From a virus: a stretch of DNA of 64,000 nt. The stretch is taken from IMG/VR virus record IMGVR_UViG_3300021376_002797, positions 31,279 through 95,278 of that record. One strand, 5' to 3'. The translations under genes were made by a program, and so were the position numbers. The notes beneath the pieces were generated by a model, which saw only the letters and a list, made by a program, of their open reading frames with translations, was not told the DNA's origin and did not search any database. Positions 28,847 to 39,577 of the stretch are shown here, in pieces (positions within the stretch are counted from its first letter, which is position 1; each line of letters starts with the position of its first letter).

Positions 28847-29019
28847 TTCTTTTGTTTATATTTTGCTTTTTTAATCTGAGCCCTTCTTTTTACGGAGGGT
28901 TTTTTATATTCTTGTCTTTCTTGTAGTTTTTGAATTTGTTTAGTTTTATATATTTTAAATTTATATAACTTTAAGGCCTGCTCAATCGACTTTTCATTTT
29001 TTACTTCAACTATAATCAT
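28831..29019 (-). CDS. rpsU: ribosomal protein bS21
   Basis: MIIVEVKNEKSIEQALKLYKFK...ERQEYKKPSVKRR..KKAKY; true ATG at 29019. Confidence 0.9.
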   Translation of the reverse strand: MIIVEVKNEKSIEQALKLYKFKIYKTKQIQKLQERQEYKKPSVKRRAQIKKAKYKQKNQLDS

Positions 29020-29125
29020 AAATTTTTTTGGTTTGAAATATAAATATAAGTAATTTTTCAAATTTTGACAACATATAAAAATTTTATTATAATTGTAAAA
29101 AACATAAACTTGTAAGGTATGAAAA

Positions 29126-29575
29126 ATGAAAAAAGGAAAAACATCAAAATTAAACATTTTTGATGATGCAAAATGTCACTACGGAACAGTGGACTCAAAA
29201 GAATTAAGATCACTGTATATAGTATTACAAACATGGGTAGAACCAATAGTCGATGGGGAAAATTGGACAAAAATAACAGGATTAATTAAAAGACAAATTT
29301 TACACACATTATTGGAAGTCGTTGATTTTACAACTTTTGAAAAAAAACAAATAGTTGATTTAGATTTAAGAACAAGCGGAATCCAAAGAAACAAAAAAAG
29401 TTTTTTAAACTTAGAAATTACATTATTTGTTCATAATAATAAAACAGATTTTAAATCACTAATTTTACGTTCAAAATTAAAAAAAATCATATCATCAGTA
29501 TATCATGATGATTTAAAAAAATCAAAGTATTTTACTTTAAGCCTTACAAAAAATAAAGAAACACAATTAATATAA
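29126..29575 (+). CDS. hypothetical protein
   Basis: 149-aa ORF between bS21 and the prohead protease. Confidence 0.7.
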   Translation: MKKGKTSKLNIFDDAKCHYGTVDSKELRSLYIVLQTWVEPIVDGENWTKITGLIKRQILHTLLEVVDFTTFEKKQIVDLDLRTSGIQRNKKSFLNLEITLFVHNNKTDFKSLILRSKLKKIISSVYHDDLKKSKYFTLSLTKNKETQLI

Positions 29576-29595
29576 TATTTATCATAAAAAACATT

Positions 29596-30306
29596 ATGAA
29601 AATATTAGGACCAAATGATACAGGTAAGGGCATCCTTGTCGAATGGGATGCCGGAGTTATTAACCCACATGAATATAGAAACAGGCAAGTAATAAAAGAA
29701 TCTTACGGTCAGTTAGACTATTCTAAACCCTTTGTTTTTTATGCAACTTTACAAAAATACGGTGTTCCAAATAGAAACGGGAGAATATACCCAAAAAAAA
29801 TTCTTGAAAGGGAAGCAGAAAAATATAAGGAAATGATTAATCGCGGTATGTCGATATCCGAACTTAACCACCCTGAATCTTCACTTATTGATTTAGATAG
29901 GGTTGCACATCTCATAACCGACGTATGGTGGGAAGATAATATATTAATGGGTAAAATTAAATTATTAACTTCACCAGGCTTTCATGAAAGAGGTATTATT
30001 TCATCTAAAGGCGATGTTGCGGCAAATATGATGAGACAAGGTGTAACTATGGGGGTCTCTTCTCGTGGTGTCGGATCACTAGTCAAAAAAGGGGAACAAA
30101 ATGAAGTTCAGGATGACTTTGAATTGATTTGTTTTGACTTAGTTTCTTCTCCGTCAACACCTGGAGCATATCTTTATTTAAATAAAGAAGATAGACCAAA
30201 ATATGAAGAAAAACTTACTGAGCACGAAAATATAGAAATTTCATCAAATCCTTTAGGTAAATCTGTTGACTTAATGAGAAGATTATCCGATTATTTGGAT
30301 AAATAA
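29596..30306 (+). CDS. prohead core protease (T4 gp21-like)
   Basis: NRNGRIYP, ELNHPE, GVSSRGVGS, FDLVSSPS. Confidence 0.95.
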   Translation: MKILGPNDTGKGILVEWDAGVINPHEYRNRQVIKESYGQLDYSKPFVFYATLQKYGVPNRNGRIYPKKILEREAEKYKEMINRGMSISELNHPESSLIDLDRVAHLITDVWWEDNILMGKIKLLTSPGFHERGIISSKGDVAANMMRQGVTMGVSSRGVGSLVKKGEQNEVQDDFELICFDLVSSPSTPGAYLYLNKEDRPKYEEKLTEHENIEISSNPLGKSVDLMRRLSDYLDK

Positions 30307-30318
30307 AAAAATTGAATT

Positions 30319-30528
30319 ATGGATGAAAAATATTTTGTAGCAAGAGTAACAACCGATATGGTCGATGAAAACACAGGAAAAGTCAAAAAAATTAAAGAAG
30401 AAAAATTGGTTAGAGCCTTTTCACCAACAGACGTTGAAGCAAAAATCACAAAGGCTTATGAAACTTACAAAATGGATTGGAGAATTACTGCGGTTGTAGA
30501 AAGTAAAATTGATGAAGTAATCGAATAA
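30319..30528 (+). CDS. small protein, DUF4494-like
   Basis: YF.ARV....DENTGKVKKIKEEKLVRAFSPTDVEAKI pattern. Confidence 0.5.
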   Translation: MDEKYFVARVTTDMVDENTGKVKKIKEEKLVRAFSPTDVEAKITKAYETYKMDWRITAVVESKIDEVIE

Positions 30529-30557
30529 AAAAACTAAAAAAAATATAAATTGTTTTT

Positions 30558-30584
30558 CGAGGTGACCTTACAGTCACCTTTTTT
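30558..30584 (+). terminator. intrinsic terminator
   Basis: AGGTGAC-CTTACA-GTCACCT followed by TTTTT. Confidence 0.75.
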
Positions 30585-30680
30585 ATTTTATTCTATTTTT
30601 TCTAAACCCCTAACTTTTTACAACATTGATATATTTATTGATAAATAAACGATTAGCGTAATGCAAATTTATTGAAGAAC

Positions 30681-32207
30681 ATGGAAAATAGTAAATCGAT
30701 AGTTGAAAACACTTTATTACAAATTAAAGCGGTTGAAGATGCTATCAGCGAAAACGCAAAAGGAATACTTGCTTCAACAATGAAGGAAGAAATCAGCGAA
30801 CTTGTAAGAGAATCATTAGGTTCTAAAAAAAGAAAAATTCGCGAACAAGAAGAAAACGAACCTGAAGCAGAAGTAGATGCTGAGGTTGAAACTGAAGAGG
30901 ATCCGGAAGGAACAGAAGAACCTGAAGTTGATGTCGATGTCGATGTTGATGATGAGGGTGAAGAGCCTATGATGGGTCAAGAACCTGTGATGGGTGATAA
31001 TGAGATGCCTCCGTTAGATATGACATCTGCACCTATGAGTGACGTACTTAAAGTATTTAAAGCGATGGGTGATCAAGATGGTATTATTGTTGCCAAAGAT
31101 GAAGACGATTTTTATCTTAAAGATGGTGAAAATGAATATATTATAAGAACGGGAGCCGATGAAACAAATACTCAAACACAAATGGGACAAACGATGGCAG
31201 AGAGTGTTTTGTATGAATTAGTTTTGAATGAAGATTCAGTACCTCAAGCAGATTTTAATGAAGATTTAGATACGTTTGGAAGTGATTTTGAAAATTTAGA
31301 AACTCACATAGAAGAAGACGATTCAATTTATGAATTAAATTTTAATGAGGGTGAAACTTACGAAGAAGTAGATGGCGTTTCTTGGTACGAGGATTTAGGC
31401 GAAGAAGAATACAACGAACAAAAACGAGATTCTATGATGTCTGAACAACCTAATGTTCCACCTACATACGAAGTCGATATGGACGAATTAGCAAATGTAA
31501 TGGAATCGTTCAAGGATAAAGGAATTGGGGTGGGTAAAGCTAAATTTTCTTACGAAAAACAAAAGGGAGGTTTTAAAGAAGACAAAAAATATGCTGGAAA
31601 AACATCATCTAAAGGTCCTAAATTTAATTACCCTAAAATCAAACATGGAGTTACTGAAACTGAAATGGATGAGGAGGAATTCGAAGGATGGGACAGAGAA
31701 GAAAACGAGGGTATGATGATGGAACCTAAAGAAGCATCAAGAACTATGACATATAGAAGGAGAGCTGAAAGAGGTAGAGTGACCGCACCTAAACAAGTAA
31801 GAAAAGAGTCAGTAGATGTTGAATTAAATTTATTGAGAGAGAAAAATGAAGAATATAAAAAGGCTTTAGATTTCTTTAGAACTAAATTAAATGAAGTTGC
31901 GGTCTTTAATTCAAACTTAGCATATTCCACAAGATTGTTCACAGAACATTCAACTACAAAACAAGAAAAAATAAATATTTTAAGAAGATTTGACGGAGTT
32001 GAGTCTTTGAAAGAATCAAAAAACCTTTACCAATCAATTAAAAAAGAATTAGATGGAAATACTAATGTTGGTGTTGTGACTGAATCTATACAGAGAAAAG
32101 TTGTTAAAACACCACAAACAGGTTCCGCAGCTAATTTAATTGAAAGTAAAACTTATGAGAATCCACAATTCTTGAGAATGAAGGATTTGATGACAAAAAT
32201 TAAATAA
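30681..32207 (+). CDS. prohead scaffold/core protein (gp22-like)
   Basis: Very acidic, coiled-coil C-terminus, lies between protease and MCP. Confidence 0.8.
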   Translation: MENSKSIVENTLLQIKAVEDAISENAKGILASTMKEEISELVRESLGSKKRKIREQEENEPEAEVDAEVETEEDPEGTEEPEVDVDVDVDDEGEEPMMGQEPVMGDNEMPPLDMTSAPMSDVLKVFKAMGDQDGIIVAKDEDDFYLKDGENEYIIRTGADETNTQTQMGQTMAESVLYELVLNEDSVPQADFNEDLDTFGSDFENLETHIEEDDSIYELNFNEGETYEEVDGVSWYEDLGEEEYNEQKRDSMMSEQPNVPPTYEVDMDELANVMESFKDKGIGVGKAKFSYEKQKGGFKEDKKYAGKTSSKGPKFNYPKIKHGVTETEMDEEEFEGWDREENEGMMMEPKEASRTMTYRRRAERGRVTAPKQVRKESVDVELNLLREKNEEYKKALDFFRTKLNEVAVFNSNLAYSTRLFTEHSTTKQEKINILRRFDGVESLKESKNLYQSIKKELDGNTNVGVVTESIQRKVVKTPQTGSAANLIESKTYENPQFLRMKDLMTKIK

Positions 32208-32282
32208 AAATAAACTTTTTTAAAAAACTGTATATTTATATACATAAAATAAAAAAAATAAACTCTAATTAAAAATAAAAAA

Positions 32283-34079
32283 ATGGGAGCATTATTAGAA
32301 TCAGGTCTTGTTGGTAACATAGGTTTGAAACACCTTAAAGTTATCAAAGAAGATACAATTAACAAATGGGATAGATTAGGATTCCTAGACGGTCTTAAAG
32401 GACACGTTAAAGAGAACATGGCACAATTATATGAAAATCAAGCATCTCACCTAATTAACGAAGCGGCTGCGACTGATAGCTCAGGTTCATTTGAAACTGT
32501 AGTTTTCCCAATCGTAAGACGCGTATTTTCTAAATTATTGGCTAATGATTTAGTATCAGTACAAGCAATGAACTTACCTATCGGTAAATTGTTCTACTTC
32601 GTACCTAAAATTCAAAGTTATCAAGCGGCAGGATCAAACTCTATTGATCATTATCCACCAATCGGCGGACCAACTTCTCCAAATTCAGATCCTACTCAAG
32701 GGTACACTGACGGAAGTAAAAACCTTTATGATAGATTTTACGAAGGAAATGAAGCCGGATTAGATCCTGCAGGTCTTTTCGATTATTCAAAAGGTTCTTA
32801 TACTGCTATTACTTCAACCGCAGTACAAACAGTTGCATGGTCTAACGGTTCTTTAGTACAATCAGGATACACAACAGGTGAATATAGAAAAGTTCTTTTA
32901 GCACTTTCAGGATTTTCTTCAGCAGGTGCTGGAAAACTTATCGGACCTGATGGTCAAGAAATGGATAACGAAGCGTTCCTTTCAGACTTAACTATCAACG
33001 CTGTAAGTTCTGGGGCGTTCTCAGGAGCTGGTTCAGGTAACCTATTATTTAGAGTAGTAACTCAAAAATATGGTAAAGGTATCGTACAATATGGTTCTCA
33101 AGCAACTACAACATGGTCTTCAACAGGTAATGGAGGATCTTATGATGATATTTGTGACCAAGCAGGTATTATCTACTTAGAAGTTGATTTACAAGTTCCT
33201 TGTTCAATCGGAGCAAACTCTTTAGATGGTTACTCAGGTTTAACTACAACTGTCGCTGGTACAACAACTGCAGGTTCTCAATTTGAAGCAACTTATAGAA
33301 GATACAAAGAATTGGAATTTGAAGACAAAATTGGTGAAGTTTCTTTTGACCTTGAGTCAGTTACTGTTTCTGTTACAGAAAGAAAACTAAGAGCGCAATG
33401 GTCACCTGAATTGGCACAAGACGTTTCTGCATTCCATAACATCGACGCTGAGGCTGAATTAACAGCTTTATTGTCTGAACAAGTGGCAGCAGAAATCGAT
33501 AGAGAAATCTTGAGAGACCTTAGAAAAGGAGCAGCTTGGAACCTAAGATGGGATTACAACGGATGGAAAAGAGGTACTGCTTCTAACCCATTAACTCAAT
33601 ACACACAAAAAGATTGGAATCAAACTTTGATTACAGCAATCAACCAAATTTCAGCACAAATCCACAAGTCTACATTAAGAGGTGGAGCTAACTGGATTGT
33701 TGTTTCTTCTGAGATTTCTGCAATCTTTGATGATTTAGAATACTTCCACGTATCTAACGCGTCTCCTGAGCAAGATCAATACAATATGGGTATTGAAAGA
33801 GTTGGTACATTGGCAGGAAGATACCAAGTGTATAGAGACCCTTACTTCCCACCAAATACAGTATTGTTGGGTCACAAAGGTTCTTCATTGTTAGACACAG
33901 GGTACGTTTACGCACCGTATGTTCCTCTACAATTGACACCTACTATGTATAACCCATTCAACTTCACGCCTATCAAAGGTATTATGACCAGATACGCTAA
34001 GAAGATGGTAAATAATCGCTTCTACGGACGAATTACCGTTGATGGTGTTAGAACGTTTGATTTAAGAGAATTGAGATAA
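32283..34079 (+). CDS. major capsid protein (T4 gp23-like)
   Basis: VSVQAMNLPIGKLFY, RKLRAQWSPELAQD, AEIDREIL, YAPYVPL, GIMTRY. Confidence 0.97.
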   Translation: MGALLESGLVGNIGLKHLKVIKEDTINKWDRLGFLDGLKGHVKENMAQLYENQASHLINEAAATDSSGSFETVVFPIVRRVFSKLLANDLVSVQAMNLPIGKLFYFVPKIQSYQAAGSNSIDHYPPIGGPTSPNSDPTQGYTDGSKNLYDRFYEGNEAGLDPAGLFDYSKGSYTAITSTAVQTVAWSNGSLVQSGYTTGEYRKVLLALSGFSSAGAGKLIGPDGQEMDNEAFLSDLTINAVSSGAFSGAGSGNLLFRVVTQKYGKGIVQYGSQATTTWSSTGNGGSYDDICDQAGIIYLEVDLQVPCSIGANSLDGYSGLTTTVAGTTTAGSQFEATYRRYKELEFEDKIGEVSFDLESVTVSVTERKLRAQWSPELAQDVSAFHNIDAEAELTALLSEQVAAEIDREILRDLRKGAAWNLRWDYNGWKRGTASNPLTQYTQKDWNQTLITAINQISAQIHKSTLRGGANWIVVSSEISAIFDDLEYFHVSNASPEQDQYNMGIERVGTLAGRYQVYRDPYFPPNTVLLGHKGSSLLDTGYVYAPYVPLQLTPTMYNPFNFTPIKGIMTRYAKKMVNNRFYGRITVDGVRTFDLRELR

Positions 34080-34101
34080 TCAAAATCTTAAAATAACCTA
34101 C

Positions 34102-34129
34102 AAAGGAGACAAGATATTGTCTCCTTTTT
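34102..34129 (+). terminator. intrinsic terminator after MCP
   Basis: AAAGGAGACAA-GATA-TTGTCTCCTTTTTT. Confidence 0.9.
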
Positions 34130-34183
34130 TATTTTTTTATATTTACTATATGTTTTTTGGTAAAATGTATTATATTTATAATT

Positions 34184-34861
34184 ATGAAGAAAATAGAACT
34201 AATTAAAGAAGAAATAGATAAAATTTTAAAAATGTATAATGAAGAATTATTTGGTTCTCACACTATTTCACAAAAAACGGGCATTAGTAAGCCAACAATC
34301 TTAAAGATTTTAAAAGAAAATGGTGTTATTATGGGCCCATCAGGTAGAAGAAATATTGGGGGTAAAAAAGTTGCAGATAAAAAATGGAGGGACAAAAATA
34401 AAGATTATATGTGTAATAAATCCAAAAATTGGTACGAACAAAACAAAGAACACAGAAAACAATATTTAAAAGAATACCGTGAAAAAAACATAGACAAAAT
34501 TCGTGAAACAAAAAAAAACTACGAAAAAATACGTAAAGCGACTGATCCAATTTATAAACTAATATCCAACTTCAGAACGGCAATCTATCAAGTATTAAAA
34601 GAAAACAAAGTCCAAAAAAAAGGACACTATTTTGACATACTTAAATATTCGCCAGAAAACTTAGTAGGACATTTAGAAAGTAAATTTAAAGATAATATGA
34701 CTTGGGACAATTATGGTGAATGGCACGTAGACCATATAAAACCAATATCATCGTTTCAAATAACAGAAATTGGTGATAAAGAATTTATGTCTTGTTGGTC
34801 GTTAGACAACCTTCAACCATTGTGGAATAATGATAATATCCGAAAATCAAATAAATTATAA
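34184..34861 (+). CDS. free-standing HNH homing endonuclease with N-terminal HTH
   Basis: MTWDNYGEWHVDHIKP...NLQPLW..DNIRKSNK; HTH-like TISQKTGISKPTILKIL. Confidence 0.8.
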   Translation: MKKIELIKEEIDKILKMYNEELFGSHTISQKTGISKPTILKILKENGVIMGPSGRRNIGGKKVADKKWRDKNKDYMCNKSKNWYEQNKEHRKQYLKEYREKNIDKIRETKKNYEKIRKATDPIYKLISNFRTAIYQVLKENKVQKKGHYFDILKYSPENLVGHLESKFKDNMTWDNYGEWHVDHIKPISSFQITEIGDKEFMSCWSLDNLQPLWNNDNIRKSNKL

Positions 34862-34875
34862 TAAAATTAATGTGA

Positions 34876-35334
34876 ATGAATAGATGGGATATGTTTGAAA
34901 GGTTGTTTACATCGGTAATTGCGGTAGCTCAACCTTTCATCATTTATTTCCTATACGGTGACAATCAAGCAATATCTAGAGTATGGGACACACCATTACA
35001 ACCTTTATTTATTATCACAAACGCACTTGTTAGTTTTTTCTTTTTCAAATTACCAAAATGGAGAATACCCGCAACACTACTACTTCTTTTAACTTCTTTT
35101 TCTGTTACTGACCATTTTATATTACATAATATTTTTGCAATACTATTTTTTATTTTCTCTGCAGTTTCTTTATGGAGTATAAAAAAGTTTAGATATTATT
35201 TTTTTATATTTTTAATGTCTGCAATTTTTTTATTTGACGGATTATTTTGGGCTGAGACTTGTGGTATAATATCATTAGTATTTTATCATACACATTTGAC
35301 CATATATAGATATTTATTAGAAAAAAAAAGATGA
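34876..35334 (+). CDS. multi-pass membrane protein
   Basis: Five to six hydrophobic segments. Confidence 0.7.
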   Translation: MNRWDMFERLFTSVIAVAQPFIIYFLYGDNQAISRVWDTPLQPLFIITNALVSFFFFKLPKWRIPATLLLLLTSFSVTDHFILHNIFAILFFIFSAVSLWSIKKFRYYFFIFLMSAIFLFDGLFWAETCGIISLVFYHTHLTIYRYLLEKKR

Positions 35335-36041
35335 ACGTCAATAGAATAGTTAAAGGTATAATAAATGAATTAACCTCATCAAGGTATGGTGGTTATTATA
35401 ATGGACCACTAACTATGGGTGAAGTTTATTGGGACAAAGAAGAGTTGGGTCCATTTACTAAAAAAGTTTCAGATTTTTTTAATTCGGATTTAGAGTATGA
35501 TAGTTATGACGGTGCAATGGATTCACATAAAAAAAACTCTAAAAAATTAGAGTCAAAATCACGTAAAATTTCAAAATACAATAAAACACACAAACAACTT
35601 AGTGACGAAGAAGGCGGAATAGTCAATCAAACACCGGGTAAGGGTAAAAGAATTGTTCCGGTTAACGAATGGGTTAATTTAAACAACATACCATTAAATG
35701 AAGATTTGGCCGTTTGGTTTGGTAAAAAGAAAAAACCCAAAGGTTCAAAACAACCAAAAGGACCTTGGGTTGATATTTGTAGAAAAGTTGACGGTAAACA
35801 TCCACCTTGTGGTAGGTCTGACGCGAGTACTGGATCATATCCTAAATGTAGAGCGGCAGGAGTTGCCAGTAAAATGTCTGATTCACAAAAAAGATCGGCT
35901 TGTCAACAAAAAAGAAGAGCGGAAAAAAAAGATACACAATCAGGAAAAGGACAAAAACCTGTGATGACATCTTACAAACCGAAAAAGACCCAAAAAGAAT
36001 CCATAGATATTATTGTAAGAAATATTTTATCAAGTCTTTAA
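35331..36041 (+). CDS. hypothetical basic Cys-containing protein (likely head-associated)
   Basis: LNEDLAVWF..KGPWVDIC..CGR..YPKC; IINE leader and C-terminal RNILSSL. Confidence 0.65.
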   Translation: MNVNRIVKGIINELTSSRYGGYYNGPLTMGEVYWDKEELGPFTKKVSDFFNSDLEYDSYDGAMDSHKKNSKKLESKSRKISKYNKTHKQLSDEEGGIVNQTPGKGKRIVPVNEWVNLNNIPLNEDLAVWFGKKKKPKGSKQPKGPWVDICRKVDGKHPPCGRSDASTGSYPKCRAAGVASKMSDSQKRSACQQKRRAEKKDTQSGKGQKPVMTSYKPKKTQKESIDIIVRNILSSL

Positions 36042-36493
36042 CAATAAGCCCCTGAACAATGTTTTTTACCATCTAAACCTTTAATTTTTCCTTTACATAC
36101 TTGAACGGCATAACCATTTGCATAGGCGCTCGGGTACACATCAAATTTTGCTTTAGCTGCCGATTTACCTCTAGCACAAAGTTTAGTTCCTGTTTTTTTA
36201 CGACCTTCTTCAATCATGTCCTCATCTTCCTCTTCTTCGTATTCATTTTCACCTTCTATTTCGTTTTTTAAAAAATCGAAAACTTGATCCATATTATTTT
36301 TTGCTTCAGCAATATGGTCTTGCGCCCAATCATGACCATCATCTAAAATAGATTCAATTTCATCTTGATCCATGTCCAATAACATCTCACACTGCCTTTT
36401 AATTTGTTCTAAATTTGAAAAGAACATGTATCTACTTGAGTGTTTTTTTTCTTCTTCTCTTAGCACTTTTCTAATAATTTGATTTATATTCAT
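36038..36493 (-). CDS. hypothetical protein (YPSAYAN motif)
   Basis: NINQIIRKVLREE leader; KLCARGKSAAKAKFDVYPSAYANGYAVQVCKG. Confidence 0.65.
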   Translation of the reverse strand: MNINQIIRKVLREEEKKHSSRYMFFSNLEQIKRQCEMLLDMDQDEIESILDDGHDWAQDHIAEAKNNMDQVFDFLKNEIEGENEYEEEEDEDMIEEGRKKTGTKLCARGKSAAKAKFDVYPSAYANGYAVQVCKGKIKGLDGKKHCSGAYC

Positions 36494-36494
36494 A

Positions 36495-37976
36495 TCACAT
36501 TTTATTTACTATTTGGAACTGAAGTTCCCTTTTATATGTATCCACATTTTTATCTGTGTTAACTTTAATATCCACATAATACTCGTTTGGTATTTTATCT
36601 CTCGTGTCAAATACAAAATAATACCCGTCAGGTGTTTTATTAACCTTTGTCCATTCTTGAACTTGTACTTCGGTATTTGCGCCTTCTTTGACGTATATAC
36701 GATAATAAACGTCAACACTTTCTAAAACTTGAGATGAGGTGTAGGCCTGTTTAATAGTCAAATTAACTTTTCTAATATCGGTATTTAATACTTTTTCATT
36801 TTGTTTAATCCCACCTACATTGAACCCGAATATTTTAGGTTTACTCGTTGTAGTCCCTATCTGGTAATTACCGTTTGTTTTCAAAACTGCAAATTCATTT
36901 TCTACATCATCCAATGATGTACCGTTAATTGATAACCCTCCCCAAACGTCATTAAACAAACAAGGAATACTATCTGAAGTTAAATTATTAACATTAACTT
37001 TGTATACTCCTTTTGTGACTAAACATGTGGTAAGTGCGGTAAATCCACTAATCTCATCACCATTAGAATCTAATATATCTACTGTGGGTAATGAGTCCAA
37101 ATTTATTGGATTTCCGTTTTCATAAACGTATAAATATAAATTATTATTTGAATTGGCGTAAAAACTATTTCTATCATCATTTATATAATCATCATATGTT
37201 GTTTCTAAAAAGGGTTCATAAAATGTTTGGGTGTGAGGAGAGAAAAAACCAACAGAGTAATTTTCTGTTAGACCTGAAATATTTTCAACTTCAGGATAAA
37301 ATGCAATACCCCATCCTGTAACCCCCGTAGTACCACCACTTAATATTGAATTTATTTCATTTGTCATATCGAACTCAATATCTTCATCACCAAATTCAAA
37401 ATGTTGTGTATCTACAATTGTAAGTGCCGAGTAATTAACACCACTCCCTGTTACGGAATTTTCATTATTATAAATACCGTTAGTTGACCACCCACTTATT
37501 GTTGTTCTTTCAAACCAGTTTGAAGGTCTTTGGGAAAAAGATCTATCATTCAAGTTAGTTACACCGAAATCATAATAATCGTAACCAACACCCGAATCCC
37601 AATTTTGTGGATTTCCTGTCGATCCTGAAGTTTTAGGTATTCTAAATAAAATTAAATCAAATGAAGTTGCTCTTCTTCTTCCTTGTGAAGTTTTATCATT
37701 GAATAACTCTTTATCAAAAAAAGAAGTATTTTTCATTTTTAAAGAGTGAGTTAAACCACTATAACCATTACAACTAAGGGATATTGTATTGTCTGTTATT
37801 TTTTCATTCAAAATTGTTAAATCAATATTGAAAATATAACGACTATACCCCAAAGGAACTGCAACGTTATCAACCCTACCATAAAATAATTCAACAATGG
37901 GATTTCTTCCCGTGTTAGTGTAGGAATTGTCTATTAATGTGTTAGATTTATTAAAATAGGATCTATGTATTGACAT
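36495..37976 (-). CDS. putative virion structural protein
   Basis: Beta-rich 493 aa; late motif at 37992-37998. Confidence 0.6.
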   Translation of the reverse strand: MSIHRSYFNKSNTLIDNSYTNTGRNPIVELFYGRVDNVAVPLGYSRYIFNIDLTILNEKITDNTISLSCNGYSGLTHSLKMKNTSFFDKELFNDKTSQGRRRATSFDLILFRIPKTSGSTGNPQNWDSGVGYDYYDFGVTNLNDRSFSQRPSNWFERTTISGWSTNGIYNNENSVTGSGVNYSALTIVDTQHFEFGDEDIEFDMTNEINSILSGGTTGVTGWGIAFYPEVENISGLTENYSVGFFSPHTQTFYEPFLETTYDDYINDDRNSFYANSNNNLYLYVYENGNPINLDSLPTVDILDSNGDEISGFTALTTCLVTKGVYKVNVNNLTSDSIPCLFNDVWGGLSINGTSLDDVENEFAVLKTNGNYQIGTTTSKPKIFGFNVGGIKQNEKVLNTDIRKVNLTIKQAYTSSQVLESVDVYYRIYVKEGANTEVQVQEWTKVNKTPDGYYFVFDTRDKIPNEYYVDIKVNTDKNVDTYKRELQFQIVNKM

Positions 37977-37999
37977 TCAAGTATTTTTATTATAAATAC

Positions 38000-39577
38000 T
38001 TAGTTAATCCGAATATTACTATTTAAAACTTTTTGATATGCTTCTTGCATTTTTTTTAATACATCATCTGTTGAAATACTTGAAGACCTACATATAGGAC
38101 TTGGTGGTAACATCGGATATGGGTGATCGTGAGTTATTAAAAAGTTTACAATTAATTGTAATAGTTCCATCAATTCCTCACCCCTAACTGTTGATGATGT
38201 ATTTGGTGAAATTATATCATTAAAAGTATTACCCGTTATTCCATAAATCGTACCATTCAAATTTATCGGGTCTTTACCTGGTATTGTACTTTTATGACTC
38301 AATAAAAATAATTGGTCTGCACCTAAAGTAGCTACCGTATTATCTCCTTTTACCACCGTGGCGGGTACTACAATTTCTTGTACTTTATTAAAAGGCTCAG
38401 GTTGTTTGAAATTTTTATAAACATCACCATAACCGGGTGTTAAATCTGTTGCTGTTACAATTGTTGAGTTTATTAATCTCGACATATTATCAACAGATAT
38501 TAAATCAATATTACCCGATAGATTTGATAATACATTTCTTATTTGTTCACCAGGTCTATAATAAAAAGGAAATTGTTGATCTTTTTGTATATTACAAAAA
38601 GTAGGATCATCGTGAAACTTTCTTACTGTACCAACTATTAATTGAACAAATTCTTCAAATGTTTTTGCTTGTATGTTCAAATTATATACAATACCATATG
38701 TGCTTTGTCCCGATAATTTGGTGTCATAATCGAAAAAACCAACTTGAGTCTCAAAAGAGTTGTTTGAGGGTAATTGAATTATTCTAACTCCTCCACTGAA
38801 AACATCTACTTGGGTGTTCATGGTTGTACAATAATATTCTATTAAAAATTTTAATTGATCTTTTCTATCTACCAATTTAGTAAAAGATTGTGGTTCTCCG
38901 TATTTTACTGTGTCGGTTAATTTAGAAAGTTGTAAAAACGCTCTGTTATTATTAATTACAGGTATTTCACCCCTCTGATAATCAAAATGTTTACCAGACC
39001 TTAATAATACATCATTTTGTTTGATTATTAAATCAGAATTACCCCTACCATTTATTGATATATCTATTGGTTCAGAAAATACACCAGACTTAGATGGGTC
39101 TTTATAAGTTCCGTCAATGTTTTTAATATTTGGGACACTTATTGGTGAATTTTCATATCCGTCATCTAAATGTATTTTTGATGATCTAAAATCTTCACCT
39201 CCGATATACAAAGGGGAAGAGAAAGGTGCAGACATGTAAAACTTATTTCTACCCGTTGTTCTTTTTCTATCAAAGTAAAAAATCATCACCCTATCTCCTG
39301 GTTTTGGTACTTGATTGATAAAATAAGGTAAAAACGGTAAATGAACCCAAGGATCTTTAGGTGACCAATTCCCAATTGTTTCCTTATCGGAATCAGGTTC
39401 CCATCCACTTTTTTTTGCAGACTTTTCTATTTGTTCAATATTTTTTAGATTGATTGGTTTTATCCTTGCTCTACCTAACATTAAAGGGTCTTCATTATTA
39501 ACACAAACCCCCCAGTAGAAGTTTTGTGTCATATCTTGTGAAAACGAATCTGTGGTTTGTATTTCTCCTTTAGACAT
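38000..39577 (-). CDS. baseplate hub/central spike protein (gp5/Vgr OB-fold)
   Basis: GVCVNNEDPLMLGRARI and VPKPGDRV OB-fold; C-terminal HDH spike-tip motif. Confidence 0.75.
   Translation of the reverse strand: MSKGEIQTTDSFSQDMTQNFYWGVCVNNEDPLMLGRARIKPINLKNIEQIEKSAKKSGWEPDSDKETIGNWSPKDPWVHLPFLPYFINQVPKPGDRVMIFYFDRKRTTGRNKFYMSAPFSSPLYIGGEDFRSSKIHLDDGYENSPISVPNIKNIDGTYKDPSKSGVFSEPIDISINGRGNSDLIIKQNDVLLRSGKHFDYQRGEIPVINNNRAFLQLSKLTDTVKYGEPQSFTKLVDRKDQLKFLIEYYCTTMNTQVDVFSGGVRIIQLPSNNSFETQVGFFDYDTKLSGQSTYGIVYNLNIQAKTFEEFVQLIVGTVRKFHDDPTFCNIQKDQQFPFYYRPGEQIRNVLSNLSGNIDLISVDNMSRLINSTIVTATDLTPGYGDVYKNFKQPEPFNKVQEIVVPATVVKGDNTVATLGADQLFLLSHKSTIPGKDPINLNGTIYGITGNTFNDIISPNTSSTVRGEELMELLQLIVNFLITHDHPYPMLPPSPICRSSSISTDDVLKKMQEAYQKVLNSNIRIN

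Noticed and set aside
29020-29157. Long N-terminal extension on bS21
   Set aside because: Alternative-start artefact overlapping the divergent gene; homology begins at ATG 29019.
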